Below are positions 30,603 to 39,173 of a stretch of DNA of 64,000 nucleotides, piece after piece; within the stretch, counting starts at the first letter, position 1, and the number at the start of each line of letters is the position of its first letter. The notes below the pieces were generated by a model, which had not been told where the DNA came from, searched no databases, and was given only the letters and a program-made list of their open reading frames with translations. Origin of the DNA: an uncultured virus (IMG/VR IMGVR_UViG_3300001605_000011). Its lineage: Duplodnaviria > Heunggongvirae > Uroviricota > Caudoviricetes. The position numbers and the translations under genes were made by a program. The stretch is from IMG/VR virus record IMGVR_UViG_3300001605_000011; one strand, 5' to 3'.

Positions 30603-32537
30603 TCAGGGCTGGCGTGGTCCGGGTGCCGGTGGGATGCGAAGTAGCCCAGACGGCGGCGGTAGCGGCTGCTTATAGAGTACAGACGACGGGGAGTTTTTTA
30701 CAACACCAACCCGATTAAAGTCTGTCATTCTAGCCCGGCCAGCTACAAAACTCGACCCTGATTCGTCCGACGTGGCAGACCGGTGTGTAGCAGTCAGTAG
30801 CGACTTCTCTAGCCCTGTACCCAGCTGCTGCGTCATCCAATCCGAGTCTGTCTTCAGTACGTCGATAGCCCGTACTGCTGTACTCTTAAACGGGGGTGGT
30901 GCCTCGTGCGTGATCGGCCGGTCAATGCCAAACTTGCGTAACTGCTCGACGACCTTCGGGGTAACCCGCGTACCTATTGTGTAGTGCAACACAGGCTTTT
31001 CGAGGTATCTGCCGACTACGGACGACAGGTCAGTTTCCTTAGCCCCCTCTCGCGGATAATAGGCGTTGGCAAGCTCGTTGTAGGGCACAACGTCGCCAGG
31101 TAGATAGTCGTTGAACTCTTCTGTGAGCTCTACGCGGTTCACAATCCCTCGCACGATCGGCTCAACGTTTCGCCGGTTGACGTAGAGGTTAGAGTCCCGA
31201 ATCGCCTTACGTAGTTCCAGCGTAAGTTGCCTGGCCCCTTCGCCCAAACCTTTGTGCTCGATTACCTTGTGGGGGTTCAGCGGGCCTTCGCTCAGCTTAT
31301 CGCCTGCCTCTACAACGTCCCCCAGCTTAGTCAGTAGCTCCTTACCTTCTGGGACGTAGTGCCGCTGACCGCTGATCATGACGTACTTGCCACCTTGCGG
31401 GGCATCACGTATCTCCTGCACCCTGCCATCTACGTCTGCGTAAGCGGCGGCGTCGCGGAAGTCTTTGGGCGGGTTAAGTAACTTATCAATAAGCTCAAAT
31501 CCGTTTAATCCCTGCTTATGGGTGGCAAGTCCGCCTTTGTGCTTGGCTGAAAGTACACTTTGGGTAACGGGTTCATTCACAACGCCTGCCGCAAGCACAC
31601 CTACGCTGTCGCCGGTACGTGGTAGACGGTGTCCGGCCCTATACCCCATGTCTTTGGCGTAAACGCCACCTAGCGGATCTGACGTTGTCAGCGGGCTGCG
31701 AACAAGGATCTGGTCGTAGCCCTTTTTTATTAGATCAGCCGAGATCTTCGGTGTGATCTCGGTATTGCGTTTGTACGGGCCAGTGTCCGCGGCCAGCAAC
31801 GCCCCCAGATTATCTTCATCACCCGTATCTACCGGTAGCCCACGGATGGTGTCTGGTTCTGGGCCGTCTTCAGCCGTGACCACCATGCGGTGTGCCGCTG
31901 CAAGTGTCTGTTTCGCAGAGTAACCACCGGCCGTAACGCTAACCTTCGCTTCGACCACGCCCTTCCGTGCACCGAACGCTGACGCTGCGTACTCTCCCGT
32001 GGTCAGACCCTGCGAGTAGGACCGCAGGATTGGAATAGGTACTGGATCCCCGTTGGCGTCCGCGTAAAGCAAGTCACTTGCTACAAGCCGGGCAAGTGCT
32101 GCGGGATTACCTCGCCCGGCACCTTTCAATATGTCGGCCAGCGGGTTCCCCTGCTTTTCCAGCTCTTCCACCACCTGGGAAGCGTCTGTCTTTTGTACCG
32201 CAGCAACAGCTTGAATTATGGCCTTGGACTGTAGAGCCGGCGGTACAGTCTCAAGTATGCGGTGTATCTGGGCCTCCAGCACCTTACGACGCTCGGCTGC
32301 CGCGGGTGGCGTGGCCAGGTCTGATACGCTGAAACTGCCGCCGCCCTGTGCCCTGGCCGTAGTTTTACCAAACGCGACCAGCTTGCTAAGTGTCTCCTTG
32401 TATGTCTCCGGGTACTTCTCAGCTACGGTACCGAGAATACGCTTGATCGACTTTTTGTCGACCACTTCACCCGGTTGATACGCGTCTGGCGGAAGCAGCT
32501 TGGCCAACATGTGCTGGCCCATCGTCATTGTCGCCAT
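30603..32537 (-). CDS. rpoC: Phage-encoded DNA-directed RNA polymerase beta' subunit, C-terminal half
   Basis: PIPILRSYSQGLTTGEY (F region), GARKGVVEAKVSVTAGGY (bridge helix), VRSPLT, GDSVGVLAAGVVNEPVTQSVLSAKHKGG (trigger loop), VEAGDKLSEGPLNPH, VNRRNVEPIVR; no NADFDGD. Probable start MATMTMG at 32537. Confidence 0.9.
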   Translation of the reverse strand: MATMTMGQHMLAKLLPPDAYQPGEVVDKKSIKRILGTVAEKYPETYKETLSKLVAFGKTTARAQGGGSFSVSDLATPPAAAERRKVLEAQIHRILETVPPALQSKAIIQAVAAVQKTDASQVVEELEKQGNPLADILKGAGRGNPAALARLVASDLLYADANGDPVPIPILRSYSQGLTTGEYAASAFGARKGVVEAKVSVTAGGYSAKQTLAAAHRMVVTAEDGPEPDTIRGLPVDTGDEDNLGALLAADTGPYKRNTEITPKISADLIKKGYDQILVRSPLTTSDPLGGVYAKDMGYRAGHRLPRTGDSVGVLAAGVVNEPVTQSVLSAKHKGGLATHKQGLNGFELIDKLLNPPKDFRDAAAYADVDGRVQEIRDAPQGGKYVMISGQRHYVPEGKELLTKLGDVVEAGDKLSEGPLNPHKVIEHKGLGEGARQLTLELRKAIRDSNLYVNRRNVEPIVRGIVNRVELTEEFNDYLPGDVVPYNELANAYYPREGAKETDLSSVVGRYLEKPVLHYTIGTRVTPKVVEQLRKFGIDRPITHEAPPPFKSTAVRAIDVLKTDSDWMTQQLGTGLEKSLLTATHRSATSDESGSSFVAGRARMTDFNRVGVVKNSPSSVLYKQPLPPPSGLLRIPPAPGPRQP

Positions 32538-32538
32538 A

Positions 32539-32766
32539 TTAGTATTCGCTGATTTGCACGGTGGACTTGGTAACGATGCCCAGGGAAGATGCGACCTTAT
32601 TGAACTCTTCCGGGTTATCCCCGACAAAGTAAGGCCGACACACGCCTGGGGCTATCGTCACGAATATGGCTATCAGGTTACCAGACGGTTCATACACAGC
32701 CAGCTGCTTTCCTGTCACTTCCTGATTCGGCCTGGAATCCAGGCCGACTATTTTTGCTTTCAGCAT
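32539..32766 (-). CDS. Hypothetical protein
   Basis: 75-aa ORF filling the gap directly upstream of the RNAP gene. Confidence 0.55.
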   Translation of the reverse strand: MLKAKIVGLDSRPNQEVTGKQLAVYEPSGNLIAIFVTIAPGVCRPYFVGDNPEEFNKVASSLGIVTKSTVQISEY

Positions 32767-32775
32767 GACGTCCCC

Positions 32776-33414
32776 TTAACCGCGGGACTGAAAGTGCTTG
32801 GCGGCCACACGACACATTTGCGACAGCGCAGCACTCGGCGAACTAGCTAACGCGTACGAGGAAGGCATGCCAGGTCGCCCCTCCGTTGCGGCTTTCTCCA
32901 CCAACCTGGTCGTTGGTGCGGCTACTTGCTGCGGCTGCTGTGACGATTCTTTGCCGGCTGGAGGCTCTTCCATCTCGAGAAGATCTTTCGTGTCAATCTT
33001 GACGTTGAAGGCGTCGACAATAGCTGCCAGCATCACGTTGGACTGCTTGGTCTGCTTCGTGATTTCATCAAGTGCGTCTAGCAACAGCACGAGCGGGTCT
33101 TCCTCGGGTGGCATACCTCCCGCCGCGGCCGGGTCCATCATCGCCGGGTCCATCATCGCCGGGTCCATCATCGCGGGATCCATCGGTGCGCCGGGCGGCA
33201 TACCGCCAGCCATAGCTGGATCCATCGGTGCGCCGGGCGGCATACCGCCAGCCATAGCTGGATCCATCGGTGCGCCGGGCGGCATACCGCCGCCTGCACC
33301 AGCCATCGGATCCATTGGAGCCGCACCACCGCCCTGGAGCTCGGCCGCGGATACGGCAGCAAACTTCTGCTCACGTTCCTGCAGTCTCTTCAGTGCTTCC
33401 GCGAAAATGTCCAC
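32776..33414 (-). CDS. Met/Pro/Gly/Ala-repeat protein
   Basis: GGMPPGAPMDPAMA x3 and MDPAM x3 repeats between helical termini. Confidence 0.65.
   Translation of the reverse strand: MDIFAEALKRLQEREQKFAAVSAAELQGGGAAPMDPMAGAGGGMPPGAPMDPAMAGGMPPGAPMDPAMAGGMPPGAPMDPAMMDPAMMDPAMMDPAAAGGMPPEEDPLVLLLDALDEITKQTKQSNVMLAAIVDAFNVKIDTKDLLEMEEPPAGKESSQQPQQVAAPTTRLVEKAATEGRPGMPSSYALASSPSAALSQMCRVAAKHFQSRG
33128..33291. repeat. Coding tandem repeats (3 x 15 bp, then ~2.8 x 42 bp)
   Basis: GCCGGGTCCATCATC at 33128, 33143, 33158; GGATCCATCGGTGCGCCGGGCGGCATACCGCCAGCCATAGCT at 33176, 33218, partial at 33260. Confidence 0.9.
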
Positions 33415-33461
33415 TGTACTACCTACCTAGAGTTACTTGTCAAAAGAAGCCGGCGTGTACC

Positions 33462-33686
33462 TCACGCCGATAAATTATTCGAGTTCGTCGTCCCAGCCAA
33501 GGCACCGCCAGTCACCCCTGCGTACTTGATCCGCAGGATCGTCACGGCCATCGCCACCTTTTCCTCGTCTGCCAGCTTTTGCTGCAGCGACGCTACCTTG
33601 TCCAACGTAATTTTATCGTCGGTCTTGGCGTCGTCCGGTGTAACGGCCGGTCCGAGTATTGATGGGTAAAAAAAATTGGGCGACAT
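33462..33686 (-). CDS. Hypothetical protein
   Basis: 74-aa ORF with three K-x-A motifs; first gene of the virion-type block. Confidence 0.5.
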   Translation of the reverse strand: MSPNFFYPSILGPAVTPDDAKTDDKITLDKVASLQQKLADEEKVAMAVTILRIKYAGVTGGALAGTTNSNNLSA

Positions 33687-33722
33687 TTGACACTCGTTGG
33701 GCGACGCTCGGTGCTGCCGTGA

Positions 33723-33751
33723 GGTTGCCGTGACAGATTATCACGGCAACC
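33723..33751. terminator. Intergenic hairpin at the early/virion gene boundary
   Basis: GGTTGCCGTGA-cagatta-TCACGGCAACC, perfect 11-bp stem; no clear U-tract. Confidence 0.45.
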
Positions 33752-33782
33752 CCACTAATGCAACAATTGAGCGTTCCTGTGT

Positions 33783-34016
33783 TTAGTTCAGCTCGTTGAC
33801 CTGCGGAACCAGGTCGCGATTCGCACGTTCGACTTCATCCGGTGACGGTCCGCTTTTCGGTTGCGGCATCGGCGACGTCAGCCGTAGATCACACAATTTA
33901 GTGTGGTCGTCCCCCTGGATACCTAGTTGCACCCTATTACCGCGTACGCTGATGACGCCCACAGTGGCACCGTTAATCCACAGTGCTCCGCCAACCTTCT
34001 TGGTTACCACCAACAT
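33783..34016 (-). CDS. csrA: CsrA/RsmA-like translational regulator (divergent C-terminus)
   Basis: MLVVTKKVGGALWING-ATVGVISVRGNRVQLGI matches the CsrA pattern MLILTRKxGEsIxIGdxIxVxVLxvxGxqVrLGI; start at 34016. Confidence 0.7.
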   Translation of the reverse strand: MLVVTKKVGGALWINGATVGVISVRGNRVQLGIQGDDHTKLCDLRLTSPMPQPKSGPSPDEVERANRDLVPQVNELN

Positions 34017-34056
34017 TGGTGTTCCTCTTGTTGTTGTTGTTATTGTTTTCCGGCGA

Positions 34057-34389
34057 CTACTTGCTACCGCAATTGCCATCTGCCGGCCGCGTGTACGCCA
34101 ATACAGCGGTGTCACCGACGTCCCATCTGCCAGCTGTCACGGGCAACATCCCGTTCTGGGTGGTGCCAAGAATATCCAGGCACATCACCGTGTGGGTGAA
34201 TCCGAACTGTTCGTCCAACCATATCGCTATGTCTTCGTAACTCCCATCGTCGCCGTCTCGCGGATGCACGACTTCTGGTGCGTCCAACACGATGACCGCC
34301 TCGGGCAGCCGGCACGCCGCCCGTGTTTGACCTTCCGTATCCCACGCTATGTTAGTGATTATCAGCGTCGTCATGCTAGATTTTTCCAC
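34057..34389 (-). CDS. Hypothetical phage protein
   Basis: ITNIAWDTEG...LPEAVIV...IAIWLDEQFGF, protein-like; start may be MTTLII. Confidence 0.5.
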   Translation of the reverse strand: MEKSSMTTLIITNIAWDTEGQTRAACRLPEAVIVLDAPEVVHPRDGDDGSYEDIAIWLDEQFGFTHTVMCLDILGTTQNGMLPVTAGRWDVGDTAVLAYTRPADGNCGSK

Positions 34390-34820
34390 ATCAGGTAAGT
34401 GTCAAGATGCCTGCTGCCCTTTTTCAGGACACATGAGCAATCCAATCCGCTTTTGCTGAAAAACAGCTGTGCGGCCAGATTGCTTTCGTGTACTGTCGTT
34501 ACGACCTGCCTCTTATTGCGTCGCGATGCCTCAGTCAGGATGTATCGCATCAATTCCGTACCAATGCCCTTTCTGCGACACGCCACAGCGACCAGCAGGC
34601 CGTCAATAGACAACTCACGACGGGGGTAACTCAACAAAGCAAAGCCCGCAATACCTTGCTTTGTCTCGACGACTACGCCGCGTAAGTTGTCCAGGTCTCT
34701 GGCGTACGCGTCTAAATCCTGACGTACTAAAGCTGAGCACCACTGCCCGGCGTCAATTCGCATCACGTCGGCAATATCGCGGTACGTCATGCGTCGTACC
34801 ATACACGGTCCGTCAGCCAC
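34371..34820 (-). CDS. GNAT N-acetyltransferase, RimI-like
   Basis: VRRMTYRDIADVMRID, acetyl-CoA motif CRRKGIGTELM, VHESNLAAQLFFSKSG. Confidence 0.85.
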   Translation of the reverse strand: MADGPCMVRRMTYRDIADVMRIDAGQWCSALVRQDLDAYARDLDNLRGVVVETKQGIAGFALLSYPRRELSIDGLLVAVACRRKGIGTELMRYILTEASRRNKRQVVTTVHESNLAAQLFFSKSGLDCSCVLKKGSRHLDTYLMWKNLA

Positions 34821-34851
34821 ATCACCCTCGCAGTTATTCGCTGTCGATGCG

Positions 34852-35094
34852 TTATCCGACAGCTTTTATGATTATGGACTCTCGCGTTTCTGTAACACGA
34901 AGCTCTGAACGCACAGTAACGCCAGCCCGCTTTGCCGCCACGTACGCTGTAGTTCTGAACGACTTCAACGTACTAGTAAAGTCCTCTCCGCGTACCAGCT
35001 CCCGTGTCTTACCATCAAACCACTCCGCCCAGGGGTAGCTTGATCCACGACGTTTTCCACGAGTCCAGCTGTGATCTTCAAGAATGCGGGCCAT
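34852..35094 (-). CDS. Small basic hypothetical protein
   Basis: YPWAEWFDG...LVRGEDF motif, 80 aa. Confidence 0.55.
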   Translation of the reverse strand: MARILEDHSWTRGKRRGSSYPWAEWFDGKTRELVRGEDFTSTLKSFRTTAYVAAKRAGVTVRSELRVTETRESIIIKAVG

Positions 35095-35142
35095 ATTACG
35101 TCACGTTTACGTCGTACTGAGTCAATTCGATCTGTAGCTACG

Positions 35143-35595
35143 TTATCGTCGACGTGGCTGTGTCGTGTGTATCTGCGTCGGGTATCGCTTGTGCGCGTCA
35201 TGTGTGGACGCAACCTGCCGGGCAAACACATCGTGTGACATCACTGCCGCCGGGTTTGACTCGCGGCCCTGATCTTTGCCCTGACTGGATACACGCGTGT
35301 TTTCGGGCGACCTCGCAGCCAACGTAGACCTGGTCGCGGCATCGATTTCGCCGCGAACAACGTGTGCCCCGAAGAGTATCGCTTCAGACGACTTACCAAA
35401 ACCCCGTTCGCACTGGATTGCTGTCAAATCTTCTCGCTGGGGGAACCAGCCATGACCGTCGCGTAAGAAGGCTGTTACACCCAGGTCAAGATATGCCTGC
35501 ACTGCCGGGTCATTCGTCAGGTTGTCTTTGGTTTGTACCACGATATCCACCGTATTGCGTTGTGCCTGAAGTGAAAATAGCCTCGGATTACGCAC
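35143..35595 (-). CDS. Hypothetical protein
   Basis: ORF on the gene-bearing strand; 3' end uncertain. Confidence 0.4.
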   Translation of the reverse strand: MRNPRLFSLQAQRNTVDIVVQTKDNLTNDPAVQAYLDLGVTAFLRDGHGWFPQREDLTAIQCERGFGKSSEAILFGAHVVRGEIDAATRSTLAARSPENTRVSSQGKDQGRESNPAAVMSHDVFARQVASTHDAHKRYPTQIHTTQPRRR

Positions 35596-35782
35596 CGAGA
35601 CGCTGCGGGCTGGCTCTGCCTAGGTAACATGCCAGGCCATGCAGCCTGTATTCATACCCCGATGTACCTCCAGTTTAGTCCAAGCACATCGAAGCGATCA
35701 TCACCGCCCAAAGCTGCTAGGCGGTCCGCTTTATGCGGAACCAAGCTCGCGGGTCGCCCCGCAAATTACTGAGCGAAAGGAC

Positions 35783-36127
35783 TTAGAGTGCGTTGAACAT
35801 GACGCCTATGCGACTTTGCAACGCCACCGTCTCTTTCGCGAAAACTTCCGTATCGTAAAAGTCGAGGCTTGTTTTAGCCTCGCTTAACTTAGTTAGCACG
35901 TATCGCAGGTGAGGAAACATACTCGCCGTGGCGTGATAGCCAGCACCGCGTAGCATCTTATCCAGCTTAATCGCCAACTTCTGTCTTTCTTGCTGCAGTG
36001 TATCTGGTACTGCGGCATACTCCCTAGCCAGCGATACTAGTCGCCGCTGGGTCCTGGTCATTCTCACCCCCGCTAGACGTTTCTCGTCGTAGTAACTTGA
36101 TCTCGCTAGACAAGTCGGCAACGACAT
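35783..36127 (-). CDS. Hypothetical protein
   Basis: Helical ORF; true start probably MTRTQRR. Confidence 0.45.
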   Translation of the reverse strand: MSLPTCLARSSYYDEKRLAGVRMTRTQRRLVSLAREYAAVPDTLQQERQKLAIKLDKMLRGAGYHATASMFPHLRYVLTKLSEAKTSLDFYDTEVFAKETVALQSRIGVMFNAL

Positions 36128-36512
36128 CAGCGAGCCGCCGCAGTTCGCTGACGACCCCTACGTCAGAAGCCAATGCTTCCCTGCGTCTTGCCTTGAGCTC
36201 GTCAACAACCGGACGTAGCTCCTGCATTAGGCTCTCGACCTCCACCTTGCGTACGAGCAGTTCTTCCCTGTGTTGGGTCAGAGCACGCCTACGCTTTAAC
36301 CATGCATCGCGACTTACCTTCTCCGGTAATCGTTTTTGCCGGATGAGGGCCTGCTCCTCACGGAACCTGGTGGCGTTCAGCGAACCTAAGTCCGCCTCCA
36401 CCTCTCGCTTTTCCTGCACCAGTACATCCCACTTCTCTAGTGGCGGCAAGGCGTCAAACTCCTCGTCGGTGTACTCCTCGTAATTGTCCGTGCCGTCACT
36501 GGCTGCTACCAT
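36024..36512 (-). CDS. Coiled-coil hypothetical protein
   Basis: Glu/Arg/Leu heptad-rich, 162 aa. Confidence 0.55.
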   Translation of the reverse strand: MVAASDGTDNYEEYTDEEFDALPPLEKWDVLVQEKREVEADLGSLNATRFREEQALIRQKRLPEKVSRDAWLKRRRALTQHREELLVRKVEVESLMQELRPVVDELKARRREALASDVGVVSELRRLADVVADLSSEIKLLRRETSSGGENDQDPAATSIAG

Positions 36513-36528
36513 CGCTTAATTCCTGTGA

Positions 36529-36546
36529 CCGGCGCTTGAGCGCCGG
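36529..36546. repeat. 18-bp palindrome, copy 4 (intergenic)
   Basis: Exact match, 16 bp upstream of the ATG at 36512. Confidence 0.95.
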
Positions 36547-36674
36547 ATAGTGTGTGATACCGGTTGCACGTGTGACCACCGACAACACGGTAGGCACACC
36601 CTCATTGCACGAAGTGTATACTAGTTATAGTACACCGACTACACGGTATCACGGCACTACGCCTAGTGCGGCAA

Positions 36675-37622
36675 CTACGCTGACAAAGCCATCGCGATCG
36701 CAGTATCCAGTGCCTTCTGGTTATCCCCGCCATCCAACCACAACGACCGCAGTCGCGTATTGGTACTGCGGCCTGCCGAGTAATTGATGTACTCAGCATA
36801 AGCGTTGTACGCAGCCCACCACGTGCCGCCGGCACCGCCGTGCTTCTGTCGATCGTTTTCGAACAACTCTTCGACTGCGTTGATCTTGTTCTTGGCGATA
36901 CCCGGTAACCCGGCGTCTGGTGTCATCGCATGCTTGAACAAAATCTTGATGTACCTCCGCAAATCCTTCGCGTTGATGTCCTTACTCTGCAGGGAGGCGT
37001 ACACTTCCGCGGTCGCCTTGAAGCTCTGGTCGACAACATCGACAGTCTCTCGGACCTTTTCCAGTGTGCTCACCGTCGTGGTCGAGTGCCGGATGCGTAA
37101 CAACTGCGACCGCTTATCCCGGATCGCGCCAGCCAGCGTGTTAGCGCAGACTACCCGAATCGGGGTAAACCCTACGCGGACAGCCCGCGAACCGTCGTGA
37201 CTGTTGCTGAGCAACAGAAACTTGCGGACGACGTCGTCTTTTCCGATCTGAATCGGATCACGCAACAGCTCCGCCAACGCCCAAATGTGGCGACCCTCGT
37301 CCAGTACACCCGCGGTCTCGAACCTCGCAAAACCGCCCTCGACGTAGGGTCGGAAGAAGTCGAATGCCTGGCTGTTCTGCAGCTCGCGATACGACTTGCC
37401 AACGACACCGAGGATCTTTTCGTTGTCTTCACGGACCATCGCGTATCCCGGCACAACCTTGCTGGTGTCATTCTGTAGCACCATTTTGCGACGCCCTACA
37501 TACCACCCAGCTCCAGCATCAGCGAGAGTTGCCTCGACGCTGGTCGGATCCGTCAGCGCGTTGCCAACACCGTGCCACGGTGTTTTACCCTTGAACGCCA
37601 TTGTCTCTACATTAGCTGTCAT
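36675..37622 (-). CDS. DUF932 family phage/plasmid protein
   Basis: TPWHGVG, LGVVGKSYRELQN, ETAGVLDEGRHIW, LLLSNSHDGS, TPIRVVCANTL, GTWWAAYNAYAEY; start MTANVET at 37622. Confidence 0.85.
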   Translation of the reverse strand: MTANVETMAFKGKTPWHGVGNALTDPTSVEATLADAGAGWYVGRRKMVLQNDTSKVVPGYAMVREDNEKILGVVGKSYRELQNSQAFDFFRPYVEGGFARFETAGVLDEGRHIWALAELLRDPIQIGKDDVVRKFLLLSNSHDGSRAVRVGFTPIRVVCANTLAGAIRDKRSQLLRIRHSTTTVSTLEKVRETVDVVDQSFKATAEVYASLQSKDINAKDLRRYIKILFKHAMTPDAGLPGIAKNKINAVEELFENDRQKHGGAGGTWWAAYNAYAEYINYSAGRSTNTRLRSLWLDGGDNQKALDTAIAMALSA

Positions 37623-37711
37623 CGTAACGCCGGCTTTGCCGGCCTCCGTTGTTGCTGTGGCTGCCTGATCAGCCAGAATTGAAATCAGGATCAATCATGT
37701 CTAGCGACACC

Positions 37712-37969
37712 CTACACAGGTTCGCTACTTACCCGCAGCTGCTGACGCAGCACGTCTATGTCCGCGTTCAGCAGCCGCGGCTCAGAAGCCAGAGTACGAC
37801 ACTTTTTGACGGTAACCACTAGACTGGCCGCATTATCGATCAACAGCAGGTCCTTGTCTGTTACCTCGGACAGCATCCTGTGCAGCGAGGTGCCTTCGTC
37901 GGCAACTTCGCGTGTCTTATCAATTATGGTCGCGAACGAAATGACCGTAGTGTTACTGCCAGGCCGCAT
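37712..37969 (-). CDS. Hypothetical protein
   Basis: 85-aa ORF on the gene-bearing strand. Confidence 0.45.
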   Translation of the reverse strand: MRPGSNTTVISFATIIDKTREVADEGTSLHRMLSEVTDKDLLLIDNAASLVVTVKKCRTLASEPRLLNADIDVLRQQLRVSSEPV

Positions 37970-38063
37970 TGCCAGCTCCGCCGTTAATAGAACCGTAAGA
38001 CTAGATACGTGGTACGCAGGCTAACCGCAAACAACACACGCATGCAAGGTACCGTGGCAGATT

Positions 38064-38459
38064 TTACGTCTGCAAGAACGGTGGCAGTGCATCGTCATCC
38101 TCGTCGGCCCGATCGTCATCGTCATCGTCGTCGTCATCGTCGAACTCGCCATAGCCCCCCGTTAGGTCATCATCCCTGTCACGCATGTTAGGCATAGCGA
38201 AAACGCCAGCCTTTTGCATCTCCCGTAGACACAAGACAGGTGACAACTTGGACAACACCGCGTCTTCCTCGAGTAACCTGGCCACCTCTTCCAGGTGCGT
38301 GCAGTGCACCGCCGTAACCACGTCGTACCGCGGGTTGGCGGACATGTCCGCGATTACCGTTGAAAAATCGAAGAACTCTGGAAACGGTCCTTTGATTTCC
38401 CACGGTTTGTCCATTCCGCCGGTCATTCTTGCCAGCACGATCATCATCTGCAGACTCAT
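38064..38459 (-). CDS. Hypothetical protein with poly-Asp tail
   Basis: Start MSLQMMIV 7 bp after the Nudix stop; C-terminal EFDDDDDDDDDDRADEDDD. Confidence 0.55.
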   Translation of the reverse strand: MSLQMMIVLARMTGGMDKPWEIKGPFPEFFDFSTVIADMSANPRYDVVTAVHCTHLEEVARLLEEDAVLSKLSPVLCLREMQKAGVFAMPNMRDRDDDLTGGYGEFDDDDDDDDDDRADEDDDALPPFLQT

Positions 38460-38466
38460 AACTTGA

Positions 38467-39147
38467 TCAGACCCCCTGTTGTTTAACGGCACGAGCAGCA
38501 ATGACGCTCCACTCTTCGTAATCGTCCGCGTTCTCAAGAACGTCGGCCACGGTAGTCCACTCTGGACGCGTGTGGCCGGTAGTTTCTAGCAGCGTTTCCG
38601 CTGGCCACAGCTCGGCCTGGAGTCGCACGGTGTACAGCATACCTAAATGCACGCTGCCCACGGCCGTTGTGGTCGAATAGATCAGACCGATAAGCGACCT
38701 TGCATGATGGGTCGCTATCGCCATGCGTGTGCCAAGCTCCTCCGCGATTTCACGCGTGACAGCGTACTGTATCGTGGCTGCCACAGCTTCTGCGTACTTG
38801 TCGCAGAGTCCAGTACCCTGTGGATACATGTCCTCACCCTCAATGTGCCCGCCGAACCCGATCGACTTTTTGCCGAGTAGCCGGGACTCGCCACCGCCCT
38901 TCACTCGTGTGTACGACAACACACGGCAATAGGCGGCGTGCTTCCCGCTGTCTACAAAGACCACGTACGGAATGACCTGCAGGAAATGGTGGTCTTCCGC
39001 CACCTCTGCCCAGTCACGGGAAACGAACGATGCCGCCGCGTGTATGATCGGCTGCTGCGTTACCTGGGAATACCCGTACAAAAACTCGTGCTGCAGTACG
39101 CAGCTTTTAGGTACGCAAAGCACCTGCGACATCTTATCTGCCATCAC
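38467..39147 (-). CDS. Nudix-superfamily predicted phosphoesterase (COG4112/YmaB-like)
   Basis: QVIPYVV, YTRVKGGGESRLLGKKSIGFGGHIE, interrupted Nudix box REIAEELG, VGSVHLG, EEWS. Confidence 0.8.
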   Translation of the reverse strand: MMADKMSQVLCVPKSCVLQHEFLYGYSQVTQQPIIHAAASFVSRDWAEVAEDHHFLQVIPYVVFVDSGKHAAYCRVLSYTRVKGGGESRLLGKKSIGFGGHIEGEDMYPQGTGLCDKYAEAVAATIQYAVTREIAEELGTRMAIATHHARSLIGLIYSTTTAVGSVHLGMLYTVRLQAELWPAETLLETTGHTRPEWTTVADVLENADDYEEWSVIAARAVKQQGV

Positions 39148-39173
39148 TATCCTTGGTTAGAACACCTGTTTAG

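Noticed and set aside
35692..35702. AAGCGATCATC shared with the promoter candidate at 47652-47662
   Set aside because: A single 11-mer match is expected by chance in 64 kb and the flanks do not align.
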